Shown piece after piece: positions 59,208 through 64,000 of a stretch of DNA of 64,000 nucleotides; position 1 is the first letter of the stretch; each line of letters begins with the position of its first letter. Origin of the DNA: a virus; the IMG/VR virus record IMGVR_UViG_3300019776_000212, positions 32,212 through 96,211 of that record, one strand, 5' to 3'. The position numbers and the translations under genes were made by a program. The notes under the pieces are model-generated. The model was given only the letters and a program-made list of their open reading frames with translations, was not told where the DNA came from and did no database searches.

Positions 59208-59470
59208 TATGAAATCACCTCTACTGCGATACGACCAACACCTTTAGCCCACAACCCTGAGATTGTGCCAGTGAGTTCGATGAATTCATTAGGGATCAAC
59301 CAGAATCCATTCAGAGATCCGCTTGAAGGCTGCGTAGCAATGTTTTGTAGATAGACAACATTGCTTGATTTATTTTGCACAGTAACTGCTGTACCCACTA
59401 CGATGCCTGTTGCAGCGTATACGTTTTGGTATGCAGTGCCTGTCAGGGTAACATCTGGAATTGTCGCCAT
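59207..59470 (-). CDS. small beta-rich virion-type protein
   Basis: VQNKS..VYL motif; coupled to fibre gene. Confidence 0.7.
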   Translation of the reverse strand: MATIPDVTLTGTAYQNVYAATGIVVGTAVTVQNKSSNVVYLQNIATQPSSGSLNGFWLIPNEFIELTGTISGLWAKGVGRIAVEVIS

Positions 59471-59618
59471 GTTAAAATTCCCTCTAAGATTGAACGACAA
59501 AACCCCCAGCTCCTAAGAACCGGGGGTTGATTGCAGGCTTATTCAGCCTTGTTTGACAACGAAGCAACGCGTTGTATTTTGGTGTCCTAGGAACGGTGCC
59601 GTTGTCTTCGGACATATT

Positions 59619-59694
59619 TGGTGCACGCTCTTGGTAACGATCCAAGTCCTACGGCTTTTCAAACCGTCGCTTCTACCTAGTTAGCTTAACATGC
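59619..59694 (-). tRNA. tRNA-Phe(GAA)
   Basis: Cloverleaf, CCA; T-loop ATCG variant. Confidence 0.85.
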
Positions 59695-59700
59695 ATTGTT

Positions 59701-59775
59701 TGGTGCGGGTGGAGAGAATCGAACTCTCATCCTCTGGGTGGAAGCCAGACATAATAGCCGTTATACGACACACGC
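59701..59775 (-). tRNA. tRNA-Gly(TCC)
   Basis: Cloverleaf, TTCGA, CCA. Confidence 0.9.
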
Positions 59776-59781
59776 ATTGTT

Positions 59782-59856
59782 TGGAGCACCTTGCTGGAAT
59801 CGAACCAGCCTACGTGGGTTTGCAATCCACGACCTAAGCCACTCGGACAAAGGCGC
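59782..59856 (-). tRNA. tRNA-Cys(GCA)
   Basis: Cloverleaf, U73, CCA. Confidence 0.9.
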
Positions 59857-59942
59857 ATTGTTAGTATTGAGAGGTAGCTTGCTCTGATCAGATTTCGCTA
59901 CAAACTTTCACCAGCCTAGCATCACATGGCCGATCCTCAAAT

Positions 59943-60016
59943 TGGGGTGACAGCGGGTTTCGATCCCTACCTGAGAGGTTCACAGCCTCTCGTGCTCCCA
60001 TTACACTACAGCCACC
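59943..60016 (-). tRNA. tRNA-His(GTG)
   Basis: Cloverleaf with G-1/C73. Confidence 0.8.
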
Positions 60017-60086
60017 ATTGATACTTGGTACAGGGACTCCAGTGGTGCTCATAACCTGCTGGCGCCTTGTTCCTGCCCATTTTAAT

Positions 60087-60160
60087 TGGTCACCCCGCGT
60101 GGAGTCGAACCACGGCCACCTCGTTCCAAACAAGGTACGCTACCGTAACGCTTCGGGGAG
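60087..60160 (-). tRNA. tRNA-Pro(TGG)
   Basis: Cloverleaf, CCA. Confidence 0.9.
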
Positions 60161-60165
60161 ATGAT

Positions 60166-60255
60166 TGGTGCGTCATGGTCGGAATCGAACCACGCAGTCG
60201 AAGGACACCGAGTTTACAGCCCGGCGGGAATCCCAGTTCCCATAAATCACGACGC
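60166..60255 (-). tRNA. tRNA-Tyr(GTA), atypical D/T arms
   Basis: CTGTAAA loop, long variable arm, CCA. Confidence 0.75.
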
Positions 60256-60260
60256 ATAAT

Positions 60261-60335
60261 TGGCTCCAGAGTGTGGGATCGAACCACAGACCAACCGGGT
60301 AACAACCGGACGCTCTACCGCTGAGCTACACTGGA
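60261..60335 (-). tRNA. tRNA-Asn(GTT)
   Basis: Cloverleaf, G73, CCA. Confidence 0.88.
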
Positions 60336-60853
60336 ATTTTACTAATTTCTCTGATGAACTCATCTTTGAAGTGGATTGGAACCCACTCACCACTTTCATC
60401 AGATACTGAGAACTTTTCGAGAAGAAGCTTTTCGGCTTGCCTTCTGTCGAGTGTAAACTCGTAATGAGTTACACTGTATGCTCTATATGGATCATATGTT
60501 TGGAACTGAGACAGCCTCTTTGCAAGGTCTGTAGTCATTCCAATCTTACAATGGTCTGGGAATGCGGGGTTCTCTATAAGATAGACAACTCCAGCTGGTA
60601 TCTCTGTAAGCTTCGCACCAAGATACACGTTATGTTTTATGAGGGTCCTACCTGCTAGCTTCCTAGCAAGTCGTTTGTCAGACGATCTCATCCTACCGTT
60701 ACCAGCTGTAAACAGCTCTCCGTAGGTTTGTACATAATCGGAGAGAATTTCCTCCGTTATCGTGTATGTTGTGTCTGGGATTTTACCAGACTTGTGAAGC
60801 GAATCAAGGACTTTTAACTCCTTGTTAGAGAAACCTTCCACAGAACCTCCCAT
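60326..60853 (-). CDS. GIY-YIG (T5orf172-like) free-standing endonuclease
   Basis: GVVYLI...KIGMT.....RL..FQT.P...E...GEW; likely GTG start at 60841. Confidence 0.75.
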   Translation of the reverse strand: MGGSVEGFSNKELKVLDSLHKSGKIPDTTYTITEEILSDYVQTYGELFTAGNGRMRSSDKRLARKLAGRTLIKHNVYLGAKLTEIPAGVVYLIENPAFPDHCKIGMTTDLAKRLSQFQTYDPYRAYSVTHYEFTLDRRQAEKLLLEKFSVSDESGEWVPIHFKDEFIREISKIPV

Positions 60854-60874
60854 GTAAGTTTGATTAAATTTAAG

Positions 60875-61050
60875 GCCCGTTACTTTTTGACTGCTCCACG
60901 GGGCCGGGACCAGAGATGCTGGATCACCTCCTTATATTGTGTGCACGCACACTATCAAGTTGGCTTACAATCTCACGATTGTGTTCTACAGCTTCTGTAA
61001 TGCACAGTTGTGGCGGACATCAGGGATGTATGGCCAATGTCGTGCATGTT
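60875..61050 (-). ncRNA. candidate ncRNA with 17-nt complement to the 16S rRNA 3' end
   Basis: TAAGGAGGTGATCCAGC at 60934-60918, no start codon downstream. Confidence 0.45.
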
Positions 61051-61053
61051 TGA

Positions 61054-61123
61054 TTTGAACGTGAGGCATGCTTGCTGGGATGTCCACTTAAGGAGGTCTG
61101 GGCTCTGATGCAGCACGTTCAAA
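61054..61123 (-). ncRNA. candidate hairpin RNA displaying anti-SD ACCUCCUUA
   Basis: 10-bp closing stem TTTGAACGTG/CACGTTCAAA. Confidence 0.45.
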
Positions 61124-61125
61124 TT

Positions 61126-61202
61126 TGTATTTGAATGGTTGGACTCGAACCAACGCACACCACTCCTGCGTGGCAGCTCTTCCGACTGAGCTTACATTCA
61201 AA
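61126..61202 (-). ncRNA. tRNA-like RNA with 6-nt anticodon loop, no CCA
   Basis: Canonical D and T arms; GCCAC-GCAGGA-GTGGT. Confidence 0.6.
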
Positions 61203-61204
61203 TT

Positions 61205-61286
61205 TGGTAGCGAGACCGTGAGTCGAACACGTAGGCATCCGGTTATGAGCCGGGTGACAGTACCCTCCAGTCTTAGCCATCTCGCT
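61205..61286 (-). tRNA. tRNA-Met(CAT), enlarged D region
   Basis: CTCATAA loop, TTCGA, CCA. Confidence 0.8.
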
Positions 61287-61292
61287 ATTGTT

Positions 61293-61368
61293 TGGCACAG
61301 AGAGCAGGGGTCGAACCCGCCTAAGCTTCCTTCGTAGGGAAGTGCCTATCCAATCGAGCCATCTCTGT
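61293..61368 (-). tRNA. tRNA-Arg(ACG)
   Basis: Cloverleaf, CCA. Confidence 0.88.
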
Positions 61369-61374
61369 ATTGTT

Positions 61375-61439
61375 TGGCGCCCTATCGTGCCCTTAGTGAA
61401 CACCTATGACGGTGTTCTGGGGCCCAGCACGAATCAGGC
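61375..61439 (-). ncRNA. CCA-ended rod-like hairpin
   Basis: TCGTGC/GCACGA and GAACACC/GGTGTTC stems, loop GTCATA, ends GCCA. Confidence 0.5.
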
Positions 61440-61445
61440 ATAAAT

Positions 61446-61519
61446 TGGTTGCCAGAGTTGGGAACGATCCAACTTCTCTCGCTTATCAGGCGAATGTAAT
61501 ACCTTTATACTATCCGGCA
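61446..61519 (-). tRNA. tRNA-Ile(GAT)
   Basis: Cloverleaf, CCA; T-loop ATCG variant. Confidence 0.82.
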
Positions 61520-61540
61520 GTTGTTTGGATTAACTAAAGT

Positions 61541-61620
61541 TGGTGGAGGTACCGTAGATTCGAACTCGGCTGATATTCACATTGCAAATGTGATGGCCAC
61601 TCCTAGCAGCCCCTACCCCC
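61541..61620 (-). tRNA. tRNA-Ala(TGC)
   Basis: G3:U70 pair, CCA. Confidence 0.82.
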
Positions 61621-61752
61621 ATGAAATTGTGCTTGGTGTGTCTCACTGAGGCAAGCCCCAAAGACATCAGGAATCCGCGTCAGCCCCAAGCAGCTAACCC
61701 TGTCAATTTGCCCGGCGACTACTACAGTAGTCCAGCCTGTCGGCCTGTTGCT

Positions 61753-61826
61753 TTGACGTATCAGGTTGCTAGATCTGATATCTCCTCCAGCACCCCCGGA
61801 GAGCTTTGCCTTTAAGCTAACGTCAA
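61753..61826 (-). ncRNA. degenerate tRNA-like cloverleaf
   Basis: TTGACGT/ACGTCAA, GCTT/AAGC, CTCC/GGAG, ATCAG/CTGAT; no TTCGA, no CCA. Confidence 0.5.
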
Positions 61827-61890
61827 CTAATGGGGCGTCTACCCCGTTCGATCAATAAGCCAGCAATAGGCATGATCCGACATTTGAAAT

Positions 61891-61964
61891 TGGTGCTCCA
61901 TCACAGAATCGAACTGCGTTCACGGCGTTACAAAGGCCGGGTAATACCAATATACGAAAAGAGC
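61891..61964 (-). tRNA. tRNA-Thr(TGT)
   Basis: Cloverleaf, C-C mismatch in anticodon stem, CCA. Confidence 0.78.
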
Positions 61965-62008
61965 ATGGCTGGCCTGTATTTAAAGTCGTCAGGCTCCCCG
62001 CGACTATT

Positions 62009-62084
62009 TGGCGAGTAATACGGGAGTCGAACCCGCAGCGACCACATAGACAGTGTGGCTTCCTTCCCAGAGGAATCATTACCC
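62009..62084 (-). tRNA. tRNA-Asp(GTC)
   Basis: Cloverleaf, G73, CCA. Confidence 0.9.
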
Positions 62085-62090
62085 ATTATT

Positions 62091-62166
62091 TGGTACAGTA
62101 TGTCGGATTCGAACCGACGTCTTCCTGATTGAAAGTCAGGCATCCTAACCGCTAGACGAATACTGT
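62091..62166 (-). tRNA. tRNA-Glu(TTC)
   Basis: Cloverleaf, CCA. Confidence 0.9.
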
Positions 62167-62174
62167 ATTGTTAG

Positions 62175-62251
62175 TGGTAGGGGCGGAGAGATTCGAACTC
62201 TCACTTTACTGATTCTAAGCCAGTCACCTCTCCCAGTTGGGCTACGCCCCC
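62175..62251 (-). tRNA. tRNA-Leu(TAG), short variable arm
   Basis: Cloverleaf, CCA. Confidence 0.88.
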
Positions 62252-62259
62252 ACTATTTG

Positions 62260-62391
62260 TTACTTACCCTGACGTTGTTTACCAGAGTAGGGATTCTTTT
62301 CTTTCAAGCCTTTATTCGGATGACCTTTAGAAGGTGTCTTCGAACGCTCAACTGGAGCATGTTCTTTGGTTGCATCATACGGCTTAGCCAT
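62260..62391 (-). CDS. small basic protein (43 aa)
   Basis: Manual: MAKPYDATKEHAPVERSKTPSKGHPNKGLKEKNPYSGKQRQGK; AAGGAG SD; promoter TTGACA-16-TACAAT near 62425-62452. Confidence 0.65.
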   Translation of the reverse strand: MAKPYDATKEHAPVERSKTPSKGHPNKGLKEKNPYSGKQRQGK

Positions 62392-62480
62392 CTTGTTGCT
62401 CTCCTTGTGTCTGTGTATATGCTCATTGTAGCAGGAAATTTACTCCTGTCAACAACTTTGTGAATCTTTTTTTTTTTATT

Positions 62481-62557
62481 TGGCAGCCCTGCATGGATTC
62501 GAACCATGTCTACAAACTTAGAAGGATTGTGTGCTAATTCCCTTACACTACAAGGCC
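62481..62557 (-). tRNA. tRNA-Arg(TCT)
   Basis: Cloverleaf, CCA. Confidence 0.88.
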
Positions 62558-62567
62558 ATATAAAATT

Positions 62568-62741
62568 GTACAGAGGTGTGCTATTACGCCAAAGGGAGAT
62601 TCAGCCTTACCGTTTCCGGGGTGCCTCTTCACTTTGCCAGTGTACGTCCCTCCACCCCACTACAGAGCTTCAACGAGCTGATAGTACACCTAGTCCCACT
62701 CTTTAAAGGATGGCTGCTTCTAAGCCCACCTTCCACTGTAC
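62568..62741 (-). ncRNA. 23S rRNA GTPase-associated-centre (uL11 site) mimic RNA
   Basis: AGGTGGGCTTAGAAGCAGCCATCCTTTAAAGAGTG...CGTAATAGCACAC, closed by GTACAG/CTGTAC. Confidence 0.7.
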
Positions 62742-62748
62742 TTTAAAT

Positions 62749-62824
62749 TGGCGGGCCACCAAGGAGTCGAACCTTGAACCTGAGGATTTGGAATCCACTG
62801 CTCTGCCAGTTGAGCTAATGACCC
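62749..62824 (-). tRNA. tRNA-Trp(CCA)
   Basis: Cloverleaf, CCA. Confidence 0.9.
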
Positions 62825-62929
62825 TGAATTCGAGGGAGACATTTATAGCACGCTGTCTCCTGAGCGTCAACATGCAAGAGTTGGTTTCTTGCACACATCC
62901 CAAGGCGCTTGGAGTCTCAGGTATGTTCT

Positions 62930-63508
62930 CTAGTTATCACCATAGCCATCAAACGGATTGAACGTTCCGACAAACTGGGCGTAACCTCTTTCAGCAAACT
63001 TATCTGTGGCAATCTTCCATCCCAATCTCACCCGAAGGTCTTTGGTTGGGTTTGCACCAGCCCACGGCTTGATGAGGTAGTATTCGAAGCCTACCAGCTT
63101 ACCACCCTGCTTGTCAAACACTTTCATGAAGTAGTGGCCGGGAATTTTGTACTTGTCGCTGATGTTAAGGTTGCCTGTGTGAGTAATCACATAATCAGCA
63201 CTGTACGGCAACGACATACGTCTTGCAAGCCCGTAGAGCGGATTTCTAAGCATCCAGAACACTCGGTTGATGTAACCCTTGAGCCCTGTCAATTCATTCG
63301 TGAAAGGGGCTCGTTTGGTGTGGTAGCCTTTGTCACCTTGAGGAGGGTTGTCGTGTGTACCCCAAATCCAGCCCCACGTGTATGTGTCTTTTCGCTCCCA
63401 TTCCTGTGCTCTCGTGAACAAAGGGATAATTATGGCAGCTGGCAAAGCCGTGAAGATTAGCATGAACAGATCAAGGATCAGCAATGCAAACCATTTGATG
63501 TAGATCAC
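62930..63508 (-). CDS. conserved membrane-anchored phage protein
   Basis: N-terminal TM helix; YxNRVxWxxRNPxYG motif; AGGAG SD. Confidence 0.8.
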   Translation of the reverse strand: MIYIKWFALLILDLFMLIFTALPAAIIIPLFTRAQEWERKDTYTWGWIWGTHDNPPQGDKGYHTKRAPFTNELTGLKGYINRVFWMLRNPLYGLARRMSLPYSADYVITHTGNLNISDKYKIPGHYFMKVFDKQGGKLVGFEYYLIKPWAGANPTKDLRVRLGWKIATDKFAERGYAQFVGTFNPFDGYGDN

Positions 63509-63525
63509 GCGTATCTCCTATTGTT

Positions 63526-63600
63526 TGGCAGCCCCGCTAGGATTCGAACCTAGAATACGTGAGTCAAAGTCACGTGTGATAACCATTTCACTACAGAGCA
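63526..63600 (-). tRNA. tRNA-Gln(TTG)
   Basis: Cloverleaf, CCA. Confidence 0.9.
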
Positions 63601-63606
63601 ACTGTT

Positions 63607-63684
63607 TGGTAGTCCGTGTAGGATTCGAACCTACATCACACCCGTTTTGAGCGGGCGAAGTCTTCCAGTTGCAATCAACGGACC
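63607..63684 (-). tRNA. tRNA-Leu(CAA), short variable arm
   Basis: Cloverleaf, CCA. Confidence 0.85.
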
Positions 63685-63857
63685 ATAGAATTTGGCGCAG
63701 TTTATGAGGGCTCTTACCCCTGCTCTTTTACCGTCTTCAACCGCGAAATGACGGGGCTAGCTTACTTTCTGTACCGTCGTACAGTTAATTTGATTTGAAG
63801 CTCGGACAATGTACGCTCTATTTGGCAGTCCGATCTTTTTAAGAGACACTTCAAATT

Positions 63858-63946
63858 TGGAGGCGCGTGAAGGAATCGAACCCTTGCCGTATCTCTACAG
63901 CAGCCGGGGGTTCAAGCCCCGTTTGTACCCTTTGTAGCCACACGCC
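63858..63946 (-). tRNA. tRNA-Ser(TGA)
   Basis: Long variable arm, TTCGA, CCA. Confidence 0.8.
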
Positions 63947-64000
63947 AGAAATTGTGAACTGCCCTTGCCAAGGGATTGACGGTGGACCTTGCCACTGCCC

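Noticed and set aside
60918-60934. 16S primer (1541R-type) artefact
   Set aside because: The match includes a T 5' of the primer start and diverges before the primer's end (CATC versus CCGCA); it sits seamlessly in the contig.
62467-62477. Long T homopolymers (also near 1730-1739) as phase-variation sites
   Set aside because: Both are intergenic and could be homopolymer sequencing errors.
62589-62696. PTC/P-loop-like bits inside the GAC insert (ACCCCGG...AGGCUGAAUCUCCC, UGGGGUGG)
   Set aside because: Too short and gapped to claim without a statistical test.
62568-62741. rRNA gene or host-read contamination
   Set aside because: Only about 50 nt match, split by a non-rRNA insert, closed by a novel stem and placed exactly between phage tRNAs; differences preserve base pairing.
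59696-62961. Short ORF-track calls overlapping tRNAs (e.g. 59888-60133, 61119-61403, 61852-62079)
   Set aside because: They overlap clear tRNA cloverleaves and are spurious.
59619-63946. Suppressor tRNA or stop-codon reassignment
   Set aside because: No CTA, TTA or TCA anticodon; the TAG, TGA and CCA anticodons are Leu, Ser and Trp; genes read normally in code 11.

Overview
A 64 kb segment of a lytic, contractile-tailed dsDNA phage genome. Gene content and order resemble Felix O1/PAK_P1-type myoviruses, probably of Pseudomonas (Vandenendeviridae-like; an inference, not a database result). Almost all genes are on the minus strand. Layout: small early genes behind repeated sigma70-type promoters plus a ~750 bp non-coding stretch (1-10.5 kb); nucleotide metabolism and replication (NrdA/B, ThyX, metallophosphoesterase, HNH nucleases, exonuclease, PolA, primase-helicase; 10.9-30 kb); a three-gene plus-strand island with a MazG-like gene; lysis, tail, head, portal and TerL genes (31.5-56.1 kb); a large repeat-rich fibre gene; and a cluster of 20 tRNAs (59.6-64 kb). 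The most striking signal lies between the tRNAs, where a set of non-tRNA structured RNAs resembles pieces of the host translation machinery. These include a fold-preserving mimic of the 23S rRNA uL11-binding GTPase-associated centre, a 17-nt perfect complement to the 16S rRNA 3' end beside an anti-SD-displaying hairpin, tRNA-shaped RNAs with non-functional anticodon loops, and CCA-ended armless hairpins. A GGA-repeat, Rsm/Csr-sponge-like small RNA candidate sits in the early region. All product calls come from motif recognition and synteny by eye.
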